Under the pieces are notes generated by a model, which was not told the origin of the DNA, did no database searches, and worked only from the letters and a program-made list of their open reading frames with translations. A DNA stretch of 64,000 nucleotides from Klebsormidium nitens (taxonomy: Eukaryota; Plantae; Klebsormidiophyceae). The position numbers and the translations under genes are program-made. Positions 37,401-50,159 of the stretch are shown here, in pieces. How positions within the stretch are numbered: position 1 is the first letter of the stretch; every line of letters begins with the position of its first letter. The stretch lies in the NCBI GenBank assembly GCA_000708835.1, contig DF237282.1, positions 1 through 64,000 on the forward strand, given 5' to 3'.

Positions 37401-40400
37401 GTAAGCCACGTTTTTGCCTACCTGTGTACCTCTCAATCAAGGGAAACCGGCGCCGAGGAGTCACTCCGAATGGATGCGGAAAACAAATATTTAGAGCTTG
37501 GTTATGAGGGGATTCGTTGCACGCTTCTGTTCCTAGATCCAGGCGCACTTTGTCTGGAGCATACGGTGTCAAGTTAATAAACGGCACACCATAACGACGA
37601 TTCAGATGCTTCCGGGAGTCCTTCGACGTGCTCGAAAGTTGATTGATGGCAGAGAAAGTCGAAGTACTGCTGTTTCCGGCGGTTGAGCCTCGTCTTTCGA
37701 TGCGGCTTTCTTACGATTCAATTCTGAAGTCGCCCGCTTCCCGTCCCTTAAGAGTAGGTGCACGTGTTCAGCTCAGTCTGTGAGCCAACATCCCCTTCGT
37801 ATTCGTCTGAGAAAGCTGTAGGCCCTCAGATCTTTCGGAAATCGACTTTCTGTCGTCTTCACCTTTCAAGCTCTCTCTTTGACATACAAGCTGAGAGCAA
37901 TTCCTCGCGGATGTCTATCTGCTCCCTCGCCAGTAGCTGTGCCCCACAGAGTCACGTTGCGACCCCCGTCGCATTGTCCACAGGTGGTAGGGGCGATTAC
38001 GCAGCTCATCCTCCGGGGCAACGGCATCCACTCACTCGCCGGTCTCGAGAAGCTGTACGCTATCGAAGCCCTCGACTTGGCGCACAATGTCATCGGGTCG
38101 CTCTCCGAAGTCGCTCGGCTGGGGCAGTTACCGTCGTTGACCCGGCTGTGGTTAGAGGGGAACCCGATCGAGCTGCGACGGAACTACCGAGCGGAGGTTC
38201 TGGGCCTGCTGCAAGACGGAGAGAAGGTGAAGCCCTGCTGTTGTATCTCCGTCTTCTGCTGGTTCTGGTGGTTTCTACTCGAATTGGGTCATTAGCGAAA
38301 ACACTGGTGCTTATGACTTTGGAGACTTCCCCAAAACCCACAGATGGTGTGAGTTCTATTGTTTCCGTTCCGCTTTGTATCTTCTGTCATTTTCTGCTCG
38401 TTACTTCTCGGAGTGCTTCTCCTTCGTGACCCGATAGAGTACCCGACTAGCACCTATCCCGTATTTTGCCGGATGCAGACCCAGTTCTCTTTCGCTTCTC
38501 CAAAACATCCAGTGCTCGGGGCTTTGGCCCACCCGTTTTGAGTCACTGCTCAAGCAGCATCCACAAGCCCGAAGGAAAACTTCTGCTCAAGGACGCTTAG
38601 GGGCATACAAAACCACGTGAATTCGTCGAAGACCTTGTTCGGGGAGACCTTGTTCGCGGGAACCGTTTAAAAGTGTTAGAAGTTTTGGAAAAAGACACAC
38701 TCGTGATCAGGATATGGCAATGAAGACACCGTCTTGACCCGTCGGTCACGAGGTTTTCAACTCCTTGGATGCCATCTACAACACAAAAGAAGGCGGCTAG
38801 CACCGCACGAAGCTTTTGTGAAGGTCCCCCGTGTTTTGAAGCTTCGGTCCACTATAATTAAGGTTGGTACAGCAGCAGCAGCGGAGCTCAGATTGAGTAT
38901 TGCGGCAACCTGCGAACCAAGCCGGCCTTCCAGACTGCACTGAACACACTTTGGTAGGTCTCCAATGCGAGACGTCGACGACTTCTGGACTTCTGCGGAC
39001 GAGACCTACGCATTGCGTGTGCACGTTGGATCGTCTTTCATTGCGAAGTACCTTTCTGTAATGTTTGGAGCCCCATCTTTGTCTTTTCCTCTTTGCTTTC
39101 CTTTCCTTTCCGGAAAGTTGTGCCAGATTCTCGACGTGGCCGTGTGTTTTAGTCCGATCGGTCGTCGTCTTGCTCATAATATTTATCTCATGGTCCGTTG
39201 GCAGCTATCAGTGTTTGCAGTTAGCTGACGTAGCATTGCTAGAATTTCGGAGCGTCAGTACTAAACCTCTTGCCCTCGGCCGGTCAACGGCGACCGGGCT
39301 GCGCACCATGTTCAGAACGCCTTTGCTTGAACGCCCACCTTGAGTCTACGACGGGACACCACGCTTATTGCGAGGACTTGTCCTTTGTGTAATGAGCAGA
39401 TCACAAACGCCAAACCTCGTTTGAGGGATGCTGTCTAATTGCATTTATAAATTTGTCTCTGCTGCACCGAACTGAAAGGGTGAGCAACATTTTCCGAACC
39501 TTTCTGACCTTGGTTGCTCCGTATTTACCGCCGATGCCTTTGTCATAGGGATCTCAAGGGCCACGTTGCCTCCGGTCCGAAACTCAAACACTGCCTTGAA
39601 GACGACACTAAAACTTGGCCGCAGAGTATGGCAGGTTGTACGCATGTGCAGTTGTCGGAGACGCCAGCCTTCAGAGATGTTATCGGGTTCTCGATGACGA
39701 ACGACGGTAGTGACGAGGCAAATTTGGCCTCTGATCACAGTGAGCGTCTCAATTGGCTGAAGTTGGCGCCGTTCTGCGGTAACTTGTTCTAGGTTCCAGC
39801 ACGGTCTGCTTCCTGACGAGTCCCGTTGCTGTGTCAGTAGTCGGTATCATTGGAAAAAATGGTGAAGAGATTGCAACCACCTTAGTGATAATCAAAGACG
39901 TGTGCAACAGTAAGGCGGGTGGCCATGCAGATTGACGCCAAGTTGGATTTGCCCGTTACGCGGCTGAAACAAGTGATCGTGCTCAAAACCAGGAGCGGAC
40001 ATTGCCATCGTGCTCCCTATATCCACATGGGAAGCTCCAGAAACCACTGAAAGGTGACAAGTTTGACTTGAGGGCTGGTTCACGGTGCCTTGAGAAAGGG
40101 ATTCCTCGTTGCCCTAGTATCAAGCCATTTTTTATGACATACCCGTAGCCGTTCCTTCTTTTTCCATTCTTGAGTGTGTCCTTCGTCTTGGAGTCACCCA
40201 AGAATCTTGACAAGGGCAATGAAGTGCGACCTTCTGACTGTCTGGGCAGAAAGGAGGAACACGCACGTTCTGACGCCTTTCCGTGGGGCTCAAACGGTAT
40301 ATGCGCTGATCAGTTGGGAGGCTGCTCTGATCTGGACAGCGCGTCGCTTCGGCCTGACGAAAAGTATGAATGGACTTTCTTGGCCACACCCTCAAAATTT

Positions 40401-43400
40401 GAGAGCTTCAGCAATTGATCCGCGGCCATGATAGAAGAACGCTTCCGACGTTGGTGGGCTCTTTGGTAAAGGAAGCCCAATGTCTCTCGGTTGAGGCCAA
40501 GTGAGGAGCAGGTCTGTGTTGGACTGGGGCAGCTCCGATGCGTCACAAAGGAAAAGACAACCGGTTTCGACAGATTTCTAAATGCCTCATCTTTCATAGT
40601 GGAAATCCAGCGAGCCTCCACACGGTGTGCGGTAACTTTGAAGTGGTATTTGTTAGCAGCGATGTCATTCGGTGACACATGCTTTTTCGGCGAGGGGATG
40701 TTGCATACTCACCGCCATTTCCTTCCAGGGCGCCGATTTGCCTATGGACGGGAAAGATCGCCCGGTTAAGTTGGTCCGCTTTCGATGCCAGCCTGTTCTA
40801 CTCCGTTCCCAGCTTTTGATTGAGCTCATGATGTTGATTGAAGATCTTGACCCGGGATCATCCTACTGTTGATGCGACCACGATATCCAATGGCTGTAAT
40901 GATTGTCTGCAAACTATCGGGGCAATGAAAGGGAGACGTTGACAAAATTGTCACCGATACAGGACGAACGGATGCCCGTCGAAATCTGACTGGCCGCTTT
41001 GGAATACTCAAACAAGCTTCATTCTTGTTGCGAAAGCACCGGTACGTGCTGCTGAGACAGTTCGGTGTGCGATTTGACTTTGCAACAGCTCTCCGTACAT
41101 CGTCATGGGTATGTCGGAAGTAACGCACGTCCATCATTGTTAAGCCCCTTGATTGCAATCGTTTCAGACTTCGCGAGCCACCCCCTATCAGGTAGCCCTG
41201 CCGACATGTCACATAACGCGTCGAGGGGGCTTTGCTGCTGGAACTCTATTTCCTTATTTCCGTGTGGCCATTGTCACCAGCCCTCTTGTAGCCCTGCGTG
41301 TCTGGACAGTCTGCACTTTGGGCTCATTCTTGTACAGCCCGTCGGTTTTCGTATGTTGGCAAAAGTTTACTCCATGTTGACCTGACACCGTCTCACTTCC
41401 TTACGACAGGACAACGCCCCCTTAATTTCTTTGGTAGAGGCATCTAGACATGGTGTCGTTTTCCTTGCGCGTCTAGTGATATCCTTATATTTTGGCCTTC
41501 TCCCGATTGCTTACGTATCAGCTGAGGTCGAAATTTTGCTCACGCAATCATGGTTTGCCTTTTGTGCGAGCAGACAATCTACACGAGCACAATAAAACGA
41601 CGGCAAAAGAAATGAGCTTTTTCATTTGTCAGGCGTGGACTCGGGCACCCTTAGTCGTGGGAAATTCAAAGCATTTGCTAGCTTACTCGGCCGCTTGCTA
41701 ATTGTTCCAGGCTTGTGGCTTGTTTTTCCAAGCCATGAGGAGTGATTCTCTGTGTTGCCGGACCAAGTACCGCAATATAAGAGCCACGAGATGCGACGCT
41801 GTGTAAATTCAGTTTCGAGGACATGACGTCAGTCTGACGTGAAGTCTGTTATGTGTATAGAAACGTAATGTATGGACACGTTGAGCCCGCGTCATGTTTT
41901 TGATATGGCCGAACAAGCGTCCTCTGTCTAATTTCGAAGGAGACGACGACAATCAGAAGAAAGACTCGCAAGCTAGCCAAGCCAGTCTCTCTAGGGGGGC
42001 CGTTTGTTGATGTTGGTTGTGAATCTGTTACCTGTGTTTTGCCAAAGTGGTCGATTTGGTACCCAACCTACGACTTGAATTCATTTTCTCACTGGATTTG
42101 AGGCAAATTGCTATCTTAAGCAGCTAATTAGAAGCTTTCCTTCTCAGCATTGGGTTTGCTTTCGGCGGCAAATCGTAAGCTGTGGTCGCATTGAGCGGAG
42201 TCAGCATAAGAAACGGGCTTTTTGCTGCAAAACTTTTCACCGAATAGATTTGACGCTCTAGCGTACAGAATCCTTTCCAAAATGGCAGTGTGTCACGCTT
42301 CTGTTGCTTGGATTGTTGTTCTGACTCCAGAAAACGTATCCGCTTTTGTGGTCTATATCAGCGCTCTTCAGATCTGACTTGTCGTGCCTCGCAAGCCTCC
42401 TGTCGTGCAGACTTTCATGGAGGCTTCAAGCCCAGCCACACTTTCAGTGCCCTCCTGTCCTTTCTCACCAAGAGCCACGCTGTTATCCAATACGCGTGTG
42501 CTTGCTTTATCGCCGCATACGTGGCGTATAGATCCTCACAAAGCTTTCGCTCATGCCTGACTCTGATGCATCGTCAGGAAACCGCTTGCTGATGTCTCTT
42601 TCCTGTTTTCTAAGTGAGGACGGCGGCAATGAAGAATGCTGATGACCATAAGGTCAGTCTGCTGCAGTCGATTGTCGGATGCCGTCTGATCGGTGTTCCC
42701 CGTCCTCTTGGGGGCCCATCTGATTCAAGGACCTGCGGAGCAGAAAAGTTCCGAATCGTCGAAAGGCCGAACGAAGTAGTGGCCTTTTATGGTGCGTCGA
42801 GAAAATTGCGTCTTTCTTGACCCCGGTGCTACGTGACGACTAGTTGAGCTTTCTAAGAGTCACACTTGCCACTCGTTCACAGAGGTTTCTTTGATGGTCC
42901 TTTTGAAACGACCGCCCTTGATGGACATCTGCAAGGCGATGCAAGCTGCCATTAGAGTTGGCGCACATACTCCATGCTTCTGCGTTGTGTTGCACGGAAT
43001 TCCATATCTCTGCCCTGGGCTATTTTGATGAAAACCGCGCACCTAAAATGGTCCGCAGAATACGAGTGCTGGGCTCAGCGCGGCGTTTCTGCTGGCGCGC
43101 CAAACTCTCAATAGGGGGAAGAATTCCTGATTCTTTTGCTGGATTGGCGGTCAAGCGTGCCTGCGAGTTGTGAAGCGACGGCCGTGATTCCATCTCTGAC
43201 TGGTTCAGGCTCTGATTCGAATTTGAGGCCGTCTTATGATCGTCCTTTTTCGATTCGAGGGCATCTCCTTTGAAAAGTACCACGGGTCGTCTAAGAGTGT
43301 GCAGATAACGAGTGGTAGGTGTTTGTCTGGCGCTGCTCTCTTCTCACCTAAAGGTGGAGGGAAGGGGACTTTAACACCCCCGTCTTTTGACGCAATCGCA

Positions 43401-46400
43401 ATCAAGCTGAAAGATGGACGCAAGCCAACACGTATCTGCTGTTTTATTGCAAACGAGAAGCTTCCCCTATACTGCCTTCAAAGTCTCCTGTTAGCCAGAA
43501 TAGCGCAGGATACCGCACAACCTCTTGACTGCTTTCTGTCAGGGCCTTACTCCTTTAACCAGCATCTCAACGAAGGTTTTGCTATTGGGCCGTTCAAGCG
43601 TGGTCCGACGTTACTCAGACGCTGCACGAGATACGAATCCGCATCGTTCCGCCAGCGTGACGACTTGATGTCTAGCCTAAAAAATCAGCGCGCCAGGCCG
43701 ATCACAGCACTTTTGGCATACGCCACTGTTTGCTCCTGTTTCAACCTGACTTGCGTCCCAAAGTTTCGATTCGAAGCGAAGGCTGGATGGAATGATGCAG
43801 TGAACAAATGTAGGACATCCGAGGGAACGGTCTGAATCGTTCTGATAAGTTGAGACCGAGGGCAAGGATGAGCCTTTCTGAGTTCCGCTCAGTGGTCGGT
43901 GCGACTTCTCTGATGCCAATTGTTCTTCAGAGTTTGTCTAATCTTAATTTAGTCGCGAGCCGAGTCGGCTGGGAAAAAGCGGGAACAATGCCGAGGATGA
44001 GATCTGCACGTCTTTCTCCTGAACGTCTTTCATATCTCACTTTTTCCAGCACGGTATTCTCCATGTCGCTTGCATTTACTGCCAAGTAGTCAAAGCGGAC
44101 ACCTTCTGAACTCGATTTCAACGCCTTGCGTGCGCCTTGTGAACACGTCACTCGTTTCTTAAACCAACAGATCCGTAATTACGCTCGCCCTTTTTCAAGT
44201 GCTTGCTGTCCGAGGCTTGCATCAATGGAAAGCTTTCTGGCATTGAAGAACCAACTCTGACCTGCGGGTCAATGGACTGGAAGTTTGGGCTGACGCCATA
44301 TAAAAGCCATCCTGATATCAATTATCTTTCTTGAACGAGATTGTTCGCTAGCATAGGGACGACAGTTCTGCGAGCTGGTCAAACGCAGTGCGTCCGGCAG
44401 ACGTCACCACTGCTATTCTGATCGCATCATAGCGCAAGGTTTGAAGCGTCTTGTGCGTTATCATCAACCGACGCAGTAATGATGTATTTGAAGTCCAAGA
44501 GGATTCTCTTGCCAGTCGGCCTGTATGGCCTGTATGCTGGAAATTGTCCACAAGCGATGGCAACGACGAACTTTTCTGAGCTGATGTTCATTGTTCCAAT
44601 AATTCTGACGCCGCCATGTCAACCTTAGCTTGTTGGTTTTAAGTTCGTAGAAAGTGGATTCGGCCGAGTTAATCGTGAGGAACGCCGCTCCGCAAGAGTT
44701 TGGCTGCTTGCGAGGTTTCGAAGGCTTTGTCGTGCGTAGCTCGTCGGCGGACTGGCGAGATCAGGTTTCAGCGATCAGCAAATCTGAAACTTCAAGTTTA
44801 TGCTTCTCGTTACTGGCCTCTAATTGGAGCTTTTAGGATTTTTCAGTGCCCTCGCAAGTGCCCACACTTGCGGATGGTTTACTTCGAATTCCCAGACCGC
44901 ATAACTTTCGCCTGCTCTTGCCTGTGGCGATCACGCTGCTTAGAGCTTGACCGAAAGCGGTCACCGTTCATTTGTGCTTGTCCCGACTGCCGTTTTGTCG
45001 AGCCCTTTCGGCCGAGTCCTTGCCGCGTTGTGCCACTATACAAAGACACCAAAGCAACAGTGCAAAAAGCAGGGCAGAATTCCTTGTCCGATCAGAGCCG
45101 AGGCTAAATCGGGCTTTGCAGTCTACCTCTTTCTAACGCTGTAAGAACACGTTTCCTCCAAAACGGCATCTTCCGCTGAACCATCTCTTTCTTTTGTACC
45201 GTGTCTGCAAAGATTTAGCTGCCCGCTATGGGGACGACGCCTTGCCTTGGCACCCAAGAGCCTTTCTTCCTTCGATTCTTCTTTTTCTCGCCGATTTGAA
45301 AAGACCCGCGCCGTAAACTGCGAAGGTTCTCATGTCGCCGGGAGCATAAACAACCGTCCTCTGAATGACACGTTTCTCCCTTTGCAGGTGAAGCTGGACG
45401 GCCGGCACAGCTCCACCTTCGAGCGTTTCGCGATCCGCACTCAGCAGAGGCGCAACGCTCGCGCGCCCCGCTTTCCGGAGCCTGTGTACCCGTCTGGAGC
45501 TTACGTGGCGGCCGTAGAGAGCGCCACGTCAGAGGGCAAGGAAGCGCATCCACATGTACATAAGGTGAGGGCAGTAGTCACAATTGCATCTGTTCCGCTT
45601 GTTTGCCGGTCTTGGACTTGAGGAAAGCAGGGGCTTATCAATGTGTGACTGCATGGTCCTTCATAGGGGCCAGCCATTCTGGGGATCTGGAGATTTATTC
45701 GCATCGCTTCTGGGGCCATAATATGTCACACCATAAAAAGGTTGTTTCTTTGAGGCGGCAAGATTCGATCAATGGCATAGCACGGGTGTGCTTTCGAAGA
45801 GCACCCGGAATGTGTCGAGAGCTTAGAAAGCAGATTGATTTGTTCGGTTTGAACCTGGCAAGAATGTTCAAAGGGGGCATGCCGTGTCATACCAGCTTCG
45901 CCCTCGCCGTTTATAGGCTGGTACCATCAACCAGAATTGAACGGAAGCCTTGTTTGAAGCCTTGTGGTTCTGCTCCTTCAAAGTGAGCTGTCTGCTGAAA
46001 GGTAGTCTTTGACGGTTTCCAAGAAACATTTGCCTTGACCTCTGCACTTACGTTCATGGGTCTGGTTCGAGTCCAGTAGAATTGCGGAGCCCGACACCAT
46101 TAGGAACAAAGTCGTCGTACTCTATAAAGATCGCACCCAAAACCATGCCTTTCACGGCACTGTTTCAGGCACCCTGACTCGACGCGATGGCGCATCACTT
46201 TTCTCGTCGATGTCTTTCGAATCACGCTGCTCTTTCGCATTATCGGAACCAAGCCCAGCCAAGTCGTAAAGCCCGACGAAGAGCCAAGAACCCCTGTCAG
46301 AACCAAAAGACCAGCAGAACCTGAGATGGATCAAACGATTGAATCTTGGTGAAGTCTGCGCCTCCTCGTAATCCAAACCCAGTGCTCTTTCGTAGACAAC

Positions 46401-48242
46401 CGCAGATCTGGCCTACCCGTAAAGCCAACCCAGAGAACGTTGAAGATGCTCTGGACGAAGAACCACGAACCCGTCCCATACTTCGACAAGGTTGAAGTTT
46501 TACCACCCATATGACTCGGCGCAAACCCTGTCTTTGTACTTTTCATTCGAGCGCTCGCTTGTCGATTGCCGCAGATCGTTGAACAAGCTCCCGACAAAGA
46601 CCCGACGACTCCTCTCAAAATCCCGTAAGACTCAAGAAGGATGATTTGTGCCGCAAGAACTTTCTGGCGGAAGCTAGTTCTGGTGTTTTTCTGTTCTAAA
46701 CTCTCGCTCGTGGCATCGCAGATCAGACCCACCCGCATCGCCGAGCCGGAGATCGTGGATGAAGCTCCTGACGAAGACTCGCGAACCCCTCCCAAGACCG
46801 CGTGTATAATGGAGCACCCGGAAGAAGACCCCGAGCGCATGTTTAGCGTCCGGGCGTTGAAGCACAGCCCTCCGACACGTGTCAGAAGCCCATTGGCCGA
46901 AGAGGCGTCCCCCCCAGAAGCGACCACTTCTTCAGCGGAAGAAGAGCTCGCAGGCGACCCGCGCTTTGTCGAGAGTGTGAATAGGCCCCCGTTGCTGTTT
47001 AAAAGCCCAGGTTCCGGAATCGTGGAGGGTTTTCACACCCCGGTTTGGACCGCGGAAGAGGGGCCGAGCGGTGGGAGTACTCCGCGGAGTGTGAATAGGC
47101 TGCCGTCGCCTGTGGCGGATGCGACGCCGGGCAGAGAAGGTGCGGAAGAATTTCACATCGCGATGTCAGTCTCAGAAGATGAGTCCAGCAGCAGTACTAC
47201 GGTGGCGAGTGTGAATACGCCCCCCTCGTCTGGGGCGGAGTACGAGGCCCCTAGTCCGAACGAGGGTGAGGGTATTCACACACCAAGCGTTTTAGGGGCA
47301 GAGCAGTTGAACTGGAAGACTGCAAACGGGAACGTAAATGAGGTCCAGATCGGGGCGGCTTCCATCTCTGAGGGCACACATAAGCGGGATCCCTTCGGGT
47401 TGGGTGTAGACGGAACGGGGCCAAAGTTGGGCTCGTCAGAGAATCATGAGGAGCGCTTAACGACTGCGGCGGGAAGGGCAAAGGATTTGCACGGAGACCC
47501 GAGATCCGGTCTGATTCAGAAAGGAGGGTACGAAAGAGGGGGGCTTGACAGAACCGGTCAGAAGCGTGGTGCGGAAAGATCGGCTCTTCGGCTGGAAGAG
47601 CCTTCGCACGCCGGGACGGCAGTCATAAACGAAAAGATTCCGGTCAAGCAGGAGGAGAGGGGTCGGAAGGATTGGGTATCCGGTGGCAGGGAAAGCGAAC
47701 CCCCCCTGCGAACGAAAAAGAGGCCGGGGATAGGGAACGGAAGCAGTGGAACGGAAGAGTGGTGTCGGTCGGGGTCGGAATTGCCCGGTGTTTGTCAAAG
47801 AGGAGGCCTTCGCCATCTAATCGTAAGAACCGCAGTGGAAACGGACACGGAAGAGAGTCAGAAGTGTTTGGAGACGCCTACGCCCTCAGAGGAAGAGATC
47901 GACGTCGTAGAAAGAAACGCGCTCAAGGCAAAGAATGAAGGGGCAGCGGAAGGAGGGAGTTTAGGAAGCTTAGATTGTGCAGGTGACCGGGATCCGGCAC
48001 TAGCATCAGGATTACTACTTACAGAATCTGCGGTTAAGGAGCAGCCAAAATCGCTCGAGTCGCCCGACACGGAGAGCCTTCTATCAGCTAGTGGTTCAGG
48101 TTCGGATCTACTAATAGGAACCCGCACTCAGGAAGCTTCTGATGGCGATTTGAAGTCAATCGAAAATAGTATCATATCGTCAAAGCCCAGCAAACAGGCA
48201 AAAAGGAGGAGCAAAGCACGCGTCGTAAATCTTGACGCCTAG
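34412..48242 (+). CDS. Leucine-rich-repeat protein of the STK11IP (LKB1-interacting)-like plant family, 7 exons (34412-34472, 35231-35439, 36022-36189, 37143-37400, 37984-38226, 45388-45564, 46722-48242), about 878 aa
   Basis: Phase-consistent splicing: GDEYLEAL..LRLKPLGLLYL..APVDYLRAVVADLGDYRKLE..LELHGCDLST..MDPSL..IDLSRNNL..LDLGFNSI..LWLEGNPI..YRAEV..KLDG, then a long acidic low-complexity tail. The last exon boundary and C-terminus are less certain. Confidence 0.85.
35374..35680 (+). repeat. Two intronic copies of the 3' part of LRR exon 2
   Basis: gatctgggggactaccgcaagctagaaaaa (35374) versus gatttgggcaactactgcaagctggacgaa (35523) and gatttgggcgactactgcaagctggacaaa (35615). Confidence 0.8.
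36795..37240 (+). repeat. Two decayed upstream copies of the LRR exon 4 acceptor and exon start
   Basis: cag|gactccctggcagac (36802), caa gatgcactggcagacc...cctaacccagcttgcctgcccgc (36986) and the real cag|gactcattagcagacc...ctaacccggctagcctgcccgc (37143). Confidence 0.7.
46240..46800 (+). repeat. Decayed upstream copies of the LRR exon 7 acceptor and exon start
   Basis: cgcag|atctggcctacccgt...gacgaagaaccacgaaccc (46406) and cagatcgttgaacaagctcccgacaaagac (~46572) versus the real cgcag|atcagacccacccgc...gatgaagctcctgacgaagactcgcgaaccc (46722). Confidence 0.65.
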
Positions 48243-48423
48243 ATTAGAGACCGTACAGGACTGGAACGCGGCCCTAACAAGCAGATTATCATATGCATCA
48301 CTGAGTCAACTTTGCGCCACATCGAGTGGCCCGGCCCACACAAACCATGATCTAAACATTGTTCTCTTTGCTGTATTATAGTATATCACATCATGCATCG
48401 CATCTCACTTTGCAAGATCATTA

Positions 48424-48768
48424 TGGTGAGGTCATTTTGACCTATGTCCAGTTTGCAGAGGGTGGGGGTTGGGGGCTTGCCACGGACTGGGCAGCGGGAG
48501 GGGGGGTTCTTGGGGCTTTGGCCGGCCGTGGTCGAGCCGCAGGCTCGATCGAAATATTGTGCAATAATCAGCTAAAAAGGGGATTTTCAGGGCCCGGCAA
48601 AATTTTTGCGAAATATAAACATTTATGTAGCCGAAGGGGGCGGGGGGCCGCTCCGCTTATCCTGAGCTTGAGGCTGGCAAGGGAGGGGGGGGGGGGCTTC
48701 AGTGGCCGTTTGGGTCCCAATGGGCTCTGGACTGAACATAGGGGGTTCACTTCAAAATGACCTTACCC
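48424..48768. mobile_element. Non-autonomous MITE, PIF/Harbinger (Tourist)-like
   Basis: Imperfect TIRs ggtgaggtcattttga..cctatgtccagt and actgaacatagg..tcaaaatgaccttacc, flanked by TTA at 48421-23 and 48769-71 (candidate TSD); no coding capacity. Confidence 0.6.
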
Positions 48769-49901
48769 TTATGTACTGGGTTCGTGTATTCCATCATGCA
48801 TAGGCCCGCCGGCCGGCTAGGTTCTCGCTAGCGCGCGTGTGTTAACTGTGCATGGCAATGCACGCGCCCCGCGCAGCTCCCAGTGACATGGCGGAAGCAG
48901 CTACTACAACGCTGTCGACCGGGGCTTCTGTATATGCACGGCATGCATCAAAACCATGTGCAGAATTGTATCGAATGCACGCGACGCTGTTCCGCGCGCG
49001 GTGCATATGGGGCCTGGAAATCGCGTACGTCATGATTGTACGTACGCGGTACTTCCACCTTTGCGCGCGGGTCTGGAACACATCTAATGTATATTAGTAC
49101 GTGACTGCATGAGTGAACTTGGAAGGACTTCATTCATCGATCGCAATTGGTAGTCAACTTATTGACAGGATATGAATCATGCGCTCCTTCTGTATAGTCG
49201 GTTGAAATTTATGTTAGGTAATGATAAAGATCTGGCTGCATGTTGAACCGTCCGTCAGTGTAGCAATTAGATTTGCATAACATGGAGACTTAGAGTGTAC
49301 TGTACATGCTCAAGTCATGGTACGTGTGACGAATAGCTAGATTACGTGAATTTTGTAGAAGAATCAAAGACGCAACCGGACCGTCAGAAAGGCCAACGGT
49401 CAAGTGTAGTAGCTGACGAGCTTTCAATGAATGATCGTCTTTAGAATCAGAAGTAAATGTGCTAAAGCGCCATCTATCTCCTTTCATGTTCTGGATACGG
49501 AGCTTAAGGGCTCATCAACGAGTTCGGCAACCTTGCACAGCCTGAGCTCTCAAAGCGATTGTTGTCCTGAGAGTTCATGGAGGCATCAAAAGGATTTGCA
49601 AGATATATTACTGAGATGAACCGAGACGGCACTGTTTCTGACTCATCAACAATTCTCAAGCTGTCCTTGCTGTTTGTTTCGCTAGTCGAACCTTGTCGAC
49701 CGACTCCTGGGACTTAGTGTAACACAAAATCGACACGTGGCTGTCTCTTAAGTGTCGGTCGACCCTTAGAAGGTCCCTCCCCAGGATCCAACTCTGCATT
49801 ACCACAACCCCGCTCCTGCAGCTTCCTGGAAAAACCCTTGCCGTAACCACCTGTTGACCCTGTCAAATCCCACTCCGTAAACCCGCCGAAACCCTCGCCG
49901 T

Positions 49902-50055
49902 TTAGCAGACGAGCTGGACGCTGTTGCAGCCAATCACGACTTTGTTGAAGGCAGCGCTCGGGAGGCCGTTGCTCTTGGTGGGGCACCGGTAGCCGACCTC
50001 CGCGTGGCCGTTGCACATCTTGACGCAGCAGCCGTCGTTGCTCGGGGAGTTCCAC
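49902..50055 (-). CDS. Terminal exon of an unidentified small cysteine-rich protein; upstream exons not located
   Basis: ttctgcccag|G TGG AAC... reads WNSPSNDGCCVKMCNGHAEVGYRCPTKSNGLPSAAFNKVVIGCNSVQLVC-stop with strongly GC3-biased codons like the other exons; acceptor duplicated at 50171. Confidence 0.6.
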
Positions 50056-50159
50056 CTGGGCAGAAAAGGGGAACCGGGGGATTAGGTGGGAATTGTGGGA
50101 ACTGGAATTTTGGGGATCAGGAATTAATTTGAGTGGGGTGGAAATTTGATTTTTAGAGA

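Noticed and set aside
43236-43835. 199 aa ORF inside the large LRR intron
   Set aside because: No recognisable domain, lacks the GC3 bias of real exons, no supporting splice structure.
46050-46090. tRNA T-arm / B-box GGTTCGAGTCC
   Set aside because: No A-box, acceptor stem or cloverleaf around it.
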